Origin: Balanoglossus misakiensis
Taxonomy: Eukaryota; Animalia; Hemichordata
DNA length: 64,000 nucleotides
Assembly: GCA_040954595.2 (NCBI GenBank)
Contig: CM082583.2
Location: forward strand, 12,748,987 to 12,812,986
Direction of reading: 5' to 3'
Positions 29,394 through 41,900 of the stretch are shown here, piece after piece. The translations under genes and the position numbers were made by a program. The notes under the pieces are model-generated. The model searched no databases. It had not been told where the DNA came from and was given only the letters and a program-made list of their open reading frames with translations. How positions within the stretch are numbered: position 1 is the first letter of the stretch; the number at the start of each line of letters is the position of its first letter.

Positions 29394-32125
29394 ATGTTGC
29401 CTGTAGGAAGAATCCCAAGGAATTTTCTCGCTAGACTAATATGGAATCATCATGATTCTAGACAGATACAAAGTTTCAGAAGTTCTCCTCTGAAAAGGCA
29501 GACTTCCAGGCAAAACAATCCAAACACTCGTGACTTCAAGCCAAAAACTGTTGCTGGACCAGTCACAGCACATTATCAGTCTGCAGCACCAAGGATAAGC
29601 ATCTCTTTGGATGAGTTGTTTGAGTCTGAGAGTACGGATGATGGTTTTGATGCCAAAGCTGCATCTAGGGCCTTCTACAAAGAATCTGAGAAATACCGGA
29701 GCCATGTCACGACGGATACGCCGAGCAGACTGGATAAACAGACTTCACTGAAGGCCCTGAACTTTCTGGGCAATGTCAGTTTGATGAAGGACAATTTGAC
29801 AGTCACTGAAGTGGTGGAGGGATTTGTTCTATTGGGTCACCTGCAGAAAGACCAGTTGCTTGCACTCGTGAAGGACAAGAAGTTTGAAATTGCGTGCGAG
29901 TACGTTACGGAGTACTGCGGCCAGTTCGATACTCAGCAGCTTGTCGACATGTTGACAGCGTTGACGAACTTTGAGCTCTCTCCGAAGCACCCTTTGTTTC
30001 CTGCGCTGGAAGGAGAGTGCGTGAAGAGAATGAACACCTGGGATACAGATACTCAACTGTTGGTCTCTGATGCGTGGCGTCTGATTGGTCGCAGCGTGCC
30101 GCGCTACAACAACGTGCTCTTGGAGCGCATGGAGGGCATCTGGAGAGATCTGAGCAAACATCAACTCGTCCAGTTGCTGTACATCATCGGCGAGCATCGC
30201 ACCTCCTCGCCAAGTTTGATGAATAAACTCGAGAACCTGATGCTTCGATACCTTGACGACTTCACTGTCCGAGAAATTGCTGCTGTATGCTTGGGATTCT
30301 TCAAGACGAAATTCTCGATATCAAGCAGTACAGTGCTGCAGAAATTCGGAGACATCGTCAGTCAGAATTTACACCAAGTCGACCAGTTCAGTCTGGTCTG
30401 CATCTTGAAGGTGTACAGGCATTCACACTTTCAGCACCGGAAGCTGTTTGAGGGCATTGCGACGATGGTGACTCCCAAAGTGTCGAAAATGTCCGGCGTC
30501 GCTTCCATGCACATCGGCTTGACGTATGCCTCCCTTCACCTCATGAACGGACCGCTGCTGGACGTGATAGCGCAGAACGCTGTCGCCAAGATCCATAGCT
30601 GCCGCTCCAAAGACATTGCCAAATACCTGTGGACTTTCTGTTCACTTGACTACGAACCGGCCAATTCTGGCGTCTTCTTCAGCACCATATTGGAACGTAT
30701 GAAACGGCAGTTGAATGAATTTGATGATCACCCTGAACATCTCATCTCCAGTTTGTTGTCTCTGGCCTACATCGACAGATACCAGTATGATCTCATTGAT
30801 CATGCCCTCCATCCAGCATTTCAACAAACAATCGCAGGTATTATTATGTTTCACAAAAAATTATAAAAAATCTACCAGAGTCTATTTTAATGAGGGTTTT
30901 ATTTGCGATGTAAACTGTTTCGCTTATGTTTTGCACAGAAAAATGTACTTTGGAAGTGAGCAGGGAATTGTTTGTTCTGGATTCAAGTGTTGGAATCGAA
31001 TGCCCTGATTACCATGGAAACAGACTCCCTAAGGTGAGTAGACGAGGGAAGTGAAAATATGACGATATAGGTTAAAATGTTTTATTTTGTATAGCTCTCC
31101 TACAACATAATCAAATATTTTGTCTATCTGTGCACAGGGTTTCATCAAACAACTTCCCAGAGACATCTTTGGCAACGTCCAGTATGAGATGAAACATCGG
31201 CAGGAAATCAAAGAAGTTGTAGCATTGCTACCCAAAGTGCTTGGCTCTGATAAATATTATCGATGCCACTTTATACTACCTCATTTTAAATCACTAGGTA
31301 TGTACTGTACTAATCAGGTGTTACCATGGTAGTCAGACTGCAAAACTTGATACATCACACAAGGGAGAGGTGAGAAAACTATCATCTTGTCATGTAATTT
31401 CAGATATTGAAATACAACTTGATAAATTTGGTAACCCGATACCAAAGAGAAGCGTGAATACGACTGGAAGTGGAGAAAGTTCCAAAGGAAAGAGGCCTGC
31501 CTTAGTGTTGCCAGGCGTCGCACTTCAGCTCAGCTCTGATTTGCTGAATGAGCTCACAGGTCAAAGTTCAAGACAGACAAAAGGTCAGAGGTCAGAAATA
31601 CCACCCAGCGATAATTCAAATGAGGAGGCTGCTGTGAAGTAAGTAACGAAAGGATTCGGTTTCGCTTTTCATAATATCTATTGTATTTGCCAGATTTCTG
31701 CAATTATGACAAACAATCTCATGATTTTCTTAACTTGTTTTGCAGACTAGCTGTCCTTGTCAGCGGTCGCAATCACCATAGATACAACAGTCAGGAACTT
31801 CTTGGACTACAAGTGATGAAACGACGACAGTTACGTAGTCTTGGTTACGCAATTGTTGAGGTGAGGTAGACGGTCTGCTTTCTCATTATGTAGAAATTTC
31901 ACTTTTACATTGGTATTGATGAAATAATTCTGTTAATTTTAACTTGATAAAAAGGACTGCACATTGGTGATGGAGGTCAGTGTGTTGTTAAGACTGAAAT
32001 GTCTGATCTTAATCAATATAATTTTCTATCAACAGATTCCACACTATGAATGGTTTGATGTCAAAAGAAAAGGACTTGGAGAGTGTGAAAAGTGGCTGAA
32101 AAACAAAATAATGGAGAGAAGATGA
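29394..32125 (+). CDS. FASTKD5: FAST kinase domain-containing mitochondrial RNA-processing protein (FASTKD5-like)
   Basis: Arg-rich mitochondrial-targeting-like N-terminus, long helical-repeat exon 29394-~30837, then exons to 32125. C-terminal RAP domain LAVLVSGRNHHRYNSQELLGLQVMKRRQLRSLGYAIVEIPHYEW. Paralog assignment is less certain than family assignment. Confidence 0.82.
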
Positions 32126-33138
32126 ATCACATGAATTGAGAATTATGAATAAATACTTTAGAATTTGTCAAATGTAAGTCTCAGCTGTGTATATTGAAAT
32201 GGCCTTTCAGGCTGTCTGCAAACTGGATTTAGTTATTATGGGAGTCCCATGTTATGTAATCTATCTGTGAATTTCATCAAATCTGAATTTGAAACATGAG
32301 TTCCACAGCCAGACAACCTTTAGAAATTTCATTCATGTCAGTTTATCACAGACTTGAATAGACTCCCAATAAAGGTGCTGGTCTGATATCCAGTGAGCTG
32401 CTGTAAATCCTACTTGTATCCATTGCTGTGACCAAAGGACTGTTGACCTGGATATTTGGACGGATGTGTGTGTGTGTGTGTGTGTGATCACTGACCTGTC
32501 TTGAAATTACGAAGTCCATTTTGTCACGGTCTGTAACTCGCGTACAGTTTAAGAAAAGCACACTTAAGTTAATTGGACATGCATTATGAGTGCATATACA
32601 CCCTGAAATAGTTCACACTTCGTCAGATTTCTTAATTTACATGTAGAGTATTGAAATTTGAATACAGTCATGTACATACACAGCACTTTGCATGCAAACA
32701 AGAACAAACAGCTTCAAGCTCTCTATCACACTAAGATACACAGAACTGTATGCCAGGGTCCAACTCAGTGCCAGTGAGCTAGTGCTGTCACAGACCTGTT
32801 GTCTCACACCTGTTTCAACCATATTCTGTGAACAGTCGGACCAGTACTCTACAACCTATGTGATGTACAACTCTACCTACAGCCCACAGCTCATGCACTT
32901 TGGAACGTACAATCCATTCCATGTTTAAAAGCTTTCCAACGAAACACCCGTCTCCTCATATGAAGCACTGGTACATATTTGTGCTACCATATTTTCACCT
33001 GCCTATGTAGTTAGTAGCTGGGTAAAATACAACACAACAATTAAATTCCTCACATATAACAGTGACAATAAGCTTCTTAAAAACGGACCCTGTTTACATT
33101 AATCTGAAAATGCTTGGTAAGACTTTGATCTCATCCAC

Positions 33139-35177
33139 TCAGTACTTGGTGGTATTTGTGTCCCAGTTGTAGTAGGAGTAGCGTGGGGCAAAGTCCAACT
33201 GTCCATGCGTATAGTCATTGTCGTCATCGTCTTTGATTGACGTCTGTCCAGAGTACAATGATTCGTAGGCCGGCGGAGGAGCTGAAATTGAAAGGAGTGG
33301 ATATCTTGGTTAGTGTCCAACACACCTCCCATCAAATTGGTTTTTAAAATGCTGATGGCACATATGCTTATAAAAGAGAGATGAATATACTCACGTGCAC
33401 CGGTCGGACTTTGAGGATGATCAGGCAATGGAAGTGGGGGAGCAGATGGCATCTCTCCTCCAGGGATTGGTGGATACGCTACGTTGCTGAAGTCATATCC
33501 GTACAGTTGCTGCAATGGGATGTTGCCTATGGTCACCGGAATGGAGACGTCCAGATCAAATGGGGTACTGCTCACATCAGCCTCAAACTGGAAAATGAAT
33601 GACAAGGTATTGTCCTGGTCTGAAACTCATGACCTAGCCACCCCCACTTCTATATCCAGAGCTCTGGTCAACTTTTCAATGTAAAATTCCAAGCTACATA
33701 ACCAGACTTACCTTGACAACATACTCAATGTCGATGAAGGGACATCCTTCTAGACCAGTGGCAGGTATCGGTGGAATAGGAAGGAATTGATCGCGCCAGC
33801 TGATTTGACCGTTTGGTTCACATCCTGGCCCTTTCAAAATGGCCACTTTGTCTGTGGTAGAGCGATGGTGGGCCCTGCCGGTTCCATGACGAAATGCTGT
33901 GTAGTACACTTTCTGCACAGGGAGAAACATCATTTATGCATTTGAGTCACATGACCATGTATTGGCGAATCACTAAAGGAGTGTTAAAGATTCAGTACAT
34001 GTACATATATATACCTGAACAAGAGCAATTTCCATTTCCAGAATATCTCGAGAACTGACATTGTTCACATCAACACCAACTTTGATGTGTTCACCCGGAG
34101 TATATCCACTTCTGTCGGTCGTTGCATTCATTGTGATTGGACCACTTGCACAGCACCAACAACACACTGTCTTTTCATCATCGTCCCGCTGAGCAAGCTA
34201 TGGAACAACAAAGAAACACACAAGTACTTTGTCAGAGATTTCTCTTATACATTGTGTGAAAATGGAAGCTAAAAATCTGTATGGCAGAGACACTACAATG
34301 GAAATAAAAAATGCATAGTATTCTCTGTCTCAGTAAACCACAGTTGGCAAAATCATACCAGTTACAGGTCCACTTACCATGACATTCAGGATTCTGTTCA
34401 GATCCACCTGGACCCCGGTCACCGTGAACGCCACTTTGGTGGTGTGGTCGAACTTCCACGGACGGTCAATGTTCGATTTGATGGTGTAGCGGACATATCC
34501 ATACGAGGAGCCTTCAAAGGAATTGGGAAGTCCGCTGTGGGGAAGCTGAAACTGGAAGGGCAGTTGGTGGCTTCCCGCTGACAGGGTTGGATTCTCTCCA
34601 CTTGTGTCTCCTTCCACTGTCAACAACAAACAACATCAAATGCACTGTGTCAACTTTTCAGTTTCAGTTCCTCACTCTGATTGGCCCAAGAACATCAGTT
34701 GCATATTATTAGTGGTTCACGGTTACCCACAACACCCCAGTATTTATGTGTACACATCAGTATTTGCATTTTTTTTGTCTTACCCTTTCCCCAGACAGTC
34801 ACTTTCTCTTCAAAATAAATCTCTCTTGCTCTGTACGAAACAGTTCTTCTGTTGTCTCCACTGCCTTCCGATTCGCTCCAATGCACATACGCCTCGCCTT
34901 TGAATTTAACTCGTACACCTGAAATAAAGATTTTCAATAGCAAATATATTTTAATAGTAATTTCATTTGCTATTTATAATAATGCAATCCAAAGACTGTG
35001 CATCTGCAAGGCGGGTAATAATAATGATGGGACTGCCCACATATTGTAACGGCTCTCACCTCGGCATTGCAGTGGTTCTGATAGCTCAATCATGACAAAT
35101 CCTGACACAACTTCCCCAGGGTTGTACACTTGTCGGTTGCCATTGAAAGCAATGTTGTACGCTTGAAGCTTGCCCAT
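33139..35177 (-). CDS. Alpha-arrestin (arrestin domain-containing protein, ARRDC/TXNIP family)
   Basis: VYNPGEVVSG, KFKGEAYVHW, FQFQLP..LPNSFEG..GYVRYTIK, CCWCCASGPI, GYTPGE, IPVTIGNIP, and a C-terminal PPAY (PPxY) motif; 7 coding exons. Confidence 0.93.
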
Positions 35178-35699
35178 TATTACTGAAGACCTCTTGTGTC
35201 TCCCCAAGAAATCTACATGTAAAAGCAATTCAGTCCAGAATTTCTAAAATGTTATTCATGTAATGATATCATGGAAATTGCATGCTTTCAAATTGATGAA
35301 TATTAAAAGCTGTACAAACAGTTGACACACTGGTAGAAAATCTGATTACATTTGCTGGTTCTTTGCTATTCTGTTCTCGGATGTCCGCCACAGTACTAGA
35401 GTGTTGTCAATGAAGCGAATGAAGGAATAATAGGGTCGGAGAGCTTTTCATTCTGATTACGTAATTACGTCCGCTGTGGGATCATGAATCTTTCATACCA
35501 GTGACCACAGGCGCAGGAATCACACTGGTACAATCAGTGTGACGCCTGTGCCAGTGACTGCTCCGTATGTACGTACCATTGTCTGATTGAGCAGAAAAGT
35601 GAACATTAATCAGAAAAATACGGAAAAACACTTACACACTCCTTACCAAAGCACCTTCGCTTCACGATACTGTGACTGACCAACCGACCCCGCCCATGA

Positions 35700-35925
35700 A
35701 ATGAATGACCCCTACTGACATTCAAACTTTGACCTCTGATCTGTTTCAAGTTTTGCGCAAACGCCATCAACGGCAATAAATTACGGTACTTTGTTTCCAC
35801 ACAACATTTGCATATTCACGCAACACTCATCTTCTTTATCCTTTTTCCCAAAATGGCGGCGCCCAGTGAGGGTGTCTCTTGTCAATCTTGCTGGTAGTTC
35901 TCAGTTTCTGAAGCTTGTCCACCAT
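35700..35925. promoter_or_regulatory. Probable bidirectional promoter alpha-arrestin/ANO8
   Basis: Head-to-head genes; consensus YY1 motif CAAAATGGCGGC at 35849-35860 and octamer ATTTGCAT at ~35806. Confidence 0.55.
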
Positions 35926-38900
35926 ATGGAAGACGAGAACAGAGCGAGGGATATGGACACCGAAACCAGAGCAGACATATGCATCGTCAGAAAACCGCTA
36001 AGTAAGATTTTTCATCGTGCAGATTTTTGACAGCTCGATGTTGATGTATACACGTACGTTTCACCCGCATAAAATAGAATAGTCCGACCAAACAGTTTAT
36101 ATTCGTGACTCCAATGTACCCGCGCGCTATTCGATATTTATATTCAATATTGATGCTAAATCGGTCCCAGCTCGACAGATGTGTCTGTCACTAATCCACC
36201 GACCGACCCTTGTTGAGTAGTGTTGAATGATGATATCGCCTTCGGAAAAGTGAAACCGTCATCATCATCATCTTCATCACCATCATCATAAGATCATCAT
36301 CCCATGGACTTTTGGAGAGCAATCGACGAAAGCATCGCTGATCAACTAACGGGTACCCAATTAGTGTTTAATGTTTTGTTTTCGTCCACAGTTTGTGTGT
36401 TATTTGATCTTGTGAAGTGAACAGTGTGTGATCGTATTTCGCACCCCATCCACGCGCATACCCAATCCCATACGTGTGTACCGTTTTCGCACCTGTCAAC
36501 CAGACAGTGCATAGTAACCGCATCCGTAGCATCCTTAGATACCGGGCAACGCACCCTGCCGTACCCATCCTTAGTTCCATTTGCACCCTGCTATAACATG
36601 GAAAGCATTGTATTTGGTAAGCGTTTTTTTTATTTTATCCTCTGCTTGCATGTGATTGTAAAAAAAAAAAATGAAATAATTGCTTGCAAGTCATCCACTA
36701 AATAAAAAAAGAACTTTAATGATTATGAACATTTTTTTTTCTTTTCTAATAAAAATTGTCTTTTTAGTCAGATTTGTTCAGCATCAATGATCAAATGTGG
36801 AAAGGCAAAAATACTATTGTACATGTAATTTAAACAAAATTGCCATTTATTACGAGTCCAGGGCACTGCTATGGTGACACCTATATGATGACATTGAAAT
36901 TTGAGAGTGCAGTAGTGAAACTGTATATCTATAAGGGATTAGGCATGTAAACTTTCACTAACATTATACTTCAAGAGAACAGAATACATCCCTCCTAAAA
37001 TGTAGCTTTTGGAATTTCACAGTGACAGCATTTTGATGTTTATGTCTGTCTGGTGTATTTTCTTTTCCACAGCTGTCATGACCCTTGATGCGATAAACCA
37101 CTTTCAGATGAAAAGACCTAGCTGACCTCTTTTGTGATTCCGTAGACAGATCTGTAAAAGCGAATTATGCTAATTAAAAAAAGTAAATTACATTAGTGGG
37201 CCATGATGAAAGCAAACGTAACATCACTCGAATATGACGTGTTATCGACCAAACCCCTATTAAATATTTGAATAGAATGAAGGCATTTTTATGAGGAAAT
37301 ACTGCAATTTATGTTTCCTTTTCACTAGTATCATTTTCATATTTCACAAATATATATATTGCATGTGTCTTGGGTAATTATCATACAAATTGCGTTAGAA
37401 TACCTCTAACAGTGTTTTGTATGCAAGGCTGAGCCAGCTTGTTCTTTCATATCCACAACTCCCAAGGGTGGAAACATCACAGCAAACAGGGAAATGATGT
37501 ACTGATATGATCATTTAACACTCAACCACTTCAAGTTCCAAAACGTATAAAAGTGACATACATCCGAATGTCAAATTTTAGAAACATTTCACCTGGTCTT
37601 GTTTCTCAAAATGATACAGAAACATCACTCATTTTTTGATGAAAATATGTTGCAATAAAAATGCATATGATAATGCAGCTGTATAGACAGAGCTGCCCTG
37701 GTGAGTGATGTATTCATTGGTATTTTTAGATTTTGTAAGGTTAGGCTGCAGTAACATCTGTTTGTAATGCTGCGTTTTGATCGTGGAAAATTACTTTTTT
37801 TGTTGATTTTGCATATTGACACATTAAATTGTAATATGAATGATGAAGTTTTTGGTAAGCTTAGATGAATTGGTTAAAAAATCCAATTTTTCACCAAAAT
37901 GTAAGAAATACCAAGCTGCAAAGTACCAGTAAATGTTGTCCTCTTTATATGGAGCTGTGGTTGTAATTTATTAATTACCATAATATTTCCAGTCTTCTGA
38001 ACATAAAATCACTTTGCAGCCATTTCATATGATAATATTGGTTTATGAATTTTTGCTTTTTATATTTTTCTCTGACAAATTTAACCAAACTTGTGCATTC
38101 ATATTATCATGAATTTTACATGACAAAAGACCTGTGTTTGACAGGTCAGTCTTCAAACTGTAATGAAAAGTTGACATGGGGCGTTGGCATTTATACAGGA
38201 TGATAAAAATACATGTAATTGAACCATGAGTACTCACTAGAATTTTGGATCAGCTAGCTCCATCTTTTTAAAATTAAATTCTTTAGCAGTCATGGCAGCA
38301 GTAGAGACTAAAACGCAAATTGAATTTGACAATTAGAAAACAGATGAAGTTAATATTGTGTGAATTTGTTAATCAAAACAGGTCTACCTTTTCCCATGGG
38401 GACATTAATACTCAGTGACAGTATGATGTAAATTAGTTCGTACAAATTATGTTATAGTTCATTTTAATTTTGATCGACCAGCATATACCAACACAGCAAG
38501 TTTATTGCTTGTGAAGTGCTATCATGTTAGGCTTCTGGAAATGGCAGTGAAAATTTGAATTGTCATACACTAAGAATTATTGATATTGTTTTGTGTCATT
38601 TTGAATTTTATACTTGTAACAACCTCATTTATTTATCTGAACATCATCACGTTTGGTCACGTCCAAAATGTAATTAGCATTTAATGTTGAAGCATGATTA
38701 GCATCTTCGTTTAAAATCTTCAATCATTTGTCTGTAGTGCTTAGAGGGAGACTGAACACACATGTTAACAGGTTGCTTGCTATGTTCTGCGTTGCAGCCA
38801 AGCTGTTTGGAAAGAAGTTTGCCAAGGCCAGCAAATTGGTGGTTGCCAATAAACTATGGCAACAAACGGTGCCCACCAAGGACTGCGACCTTGTGATGAC

Positions 38901-41900
38901 CTTCCCGGGGAAGACGGACGACGAAACTCTCATGTGGGTTCTGGCCAGATTGCGGTCTCGAACGCCCGAACTGAGCGTCCATGTCCGTCACCATAGCAAC
39001 GCTGGCGTCTACGGCTTCTATCTCACGGCTGCGTTTGACAAGTAAGCAAAATGTCAATTGGGATTTTCTTATTTTCAGGTGCCGGGTTGCTGTGCTGTTG
39101 AACAGGATTAACATAGGGTATAGAGAGATACTTCCATATAACATATTGCAGAGCTTTGTGCCCAAGACTTTCATGAACTGTTGTACTTGTTTTTTTCACA
39201 AAACGTGCATTCTGTGATTGTTTGCCAGTTTACTGAAAGGTGCTGAAGATCTGGGAATCAGGAAGAAGGTGAAGGAAGAGTATGGAGGAGGCTTGAAGGA
39301 ATTCAGCTGCGATGAAGAGACCATCTACAACAACGTGGAAAACCCGGCTGAATTCTTCACATCTCAGGTACGTGTACGGTAGTGTGGATGATGTCAGTCT
39401 GTGTTGGGACCAGGAACATTCCAGCAATCCACAGACTAGTGCATTCTCTCTCTTTCTGTGACTCTAATCCCCACTTAACCCCTCAACCACCGATAATCCA
39501 TTCAAAAACACCAAACTGACTGTGGAAATCGCTGTCAGTCTCTCCCTGTTAAAGTTGTAAAAGAAAATAGGGCACGGTTATCCATCTTCAGGTCAAATAG
39601 TCAATCTGTGTGTTTATCCAAGTGTCTTAGTCTTGGCTATCAGTTACAGAAATCTGTGCTTTGAAGAGCAGCAGACAGATCTCTATCAATTATCTTGTCA
39701 CTTTATATAGTGTTATATATATGAAACAACTGAGCATTCACACGTTTTTTTGTTTAATAGCAGGATACAGTATCTCTTTTCGATTTGTTTGCTTTGAGTT
39801 TCCCAGAGCTTAGAAAATGAGAAACAGGGTCAATATCTAGGTCAGCAGAAAACTTATATGGTCCACTGTGAAAGTGAAGTTTAATTAATGTTGTGACACT
39901 TTCACAGGCAATGAATTTGTTTCTGTGAGAGTGTCGAATCTCACTTGACATTGCATGTGAATTGTTCCCTGTCGATTTATTACTTGGATGATGATGTACT
40001 TGGAACAGGTGAAAATAAAACCAGGTCATGATCTAAGTTCAAAATGTTGCTGCTGGCATTTAGAGACACTTTTATGTGACCGTTGAGAGTTGATTATGGC
40101 TGTGTTCCTGATTTTATGTCCTCATATGTTTTGTTTACATGTGAAGTATGTACCTCCTGCAAATACAAGTTCAAAGGTTAAAGTGGTCCAAGGCGAATTC
40201 TTCCATCATCATTACTTTTGACATCATTAACTGGATGAACAAGGGCTAATTTATACACAAGTAGTCATAGTGTGGTCCAGAACAAAACGGCCAGAACATG
40301 TCTAATTAAAATAATGCTGAAATGGCAGAAATTATTAGCAATCTCATGGGCAGATGTGTGTGTGTTAATTTTGACAACTGTTGTCTGTGTTTAATACTTC
40401 AACAGGAACGTCAAGAGATTGTCCTCTTCATGTTAAATAATTTACGTGCTGAAGAAGGGGACCAACTTGGCAAGGTCAAATTTGTGCAAGGTCAGCCGAT
40501 AGGTAAGCTTTTATCATAGAATTATAAACCTTCTGCCATTTGGTCTTGACGAAATAATGCACAAAGAGCTGGCAGTGTTGTCATTAATTATAACCATTAT
40601 GTGTAATAGTGAGGTCAGCTGTCATCTACTGCTAAATAAACATGCATTAATATTTTTTTAATTTCAGAAAATTTTGAATGATGAATACAGTCCCAATTGT
40701 TTTCTTGACCTCTAATTATATTTCAATATGTCTGGTTGAACTGACAAGTTAAAAAAGACAGAGTTTGTTTTCTTTTTTTTAATTACAGAGTTTTATGATT
40801 CCCAGGGGCCTATTAATGAATTCTATTTTAGATATTGCACTTCCCAAGATGCATTTCTGTAGTACCTGTATTTGTGTAACTGCGTTGAAATGCACTAAAA
40901 TTAGTGTTGTTGTTGGATATCGTTGTCTGATGTTATAAAAGGAAGGCCGTTGTGGGCCTTGATGGTTATAATGTGTCCATTCTTTAATTTTATTTTCATC
41001 TCATCATTCAGGGTATTTTACTTTGATGAGTATATGGTGCCAAGGACAAACATTGAAGAGAGAACTCTGAAAAGAATATTTAAAAAAATTGCCGTAAAAA
41101 TCTCTAAATGTTAGACAATACATGTGCAGCACTGCTGTTGCAAAATGAGAATAATACTGGTATGGTGACATTTATGTTCAAATGAATCAATACTGTGAGA
41201 TAATATGTCCTGTTTCATTGCATCCAAATCAGCCCACGTTGTAATTGAGACATTGTAATTTCTGCTGAACTACACTAACTCCATATCCCAGTCGCATGTA
41301 CATTCATGCGACATATATTGGTGTATAACAATGCTTCAATAATACAAATTGTCCTCTCTCGAACCAAAACATGCTCTGACAACCTGATATTATGCAAATC
41401 ACAACCAGTCACCAACGCAGCTGACCTTTAGCCATGTTTGTTGAAAGCCTTATATGGTATGGTAGGGAAAGTTGCTAAGGGAACGGTTGATTTGGTCCTG
41501 TGTATTATTTTCACCCCACCCACTCGCCATTTCTCTCTGTAGAAGGCCGACTCTACCATAGAAAACAAAACTAAGCAATAGATTTTGACCAAACTATGGT
41601 GATGAACGGGATTAATTAAAAATAAAAATATTGATAGGAGATTAATTATGGAATACATGACTTAATAGAGGATTATTTAGGAATAATTAAGAATACATAA
41701 ATTAATGACAATTAATATAATAGAATCACAAAAACGATAAGTTTGCTTGGTCATATTATTATAAACCCATATTTAGCTTCACTAGCTGGGTTCCTTACTT
41801 TTGACAGAGACCAGACTTTACTTTTGGCATGCTGTCTACGGCCTACCAAGTTAATTCTTGTGTAATTTATCATGCAACAGCTGGGAATCCAGGGTTGGAG

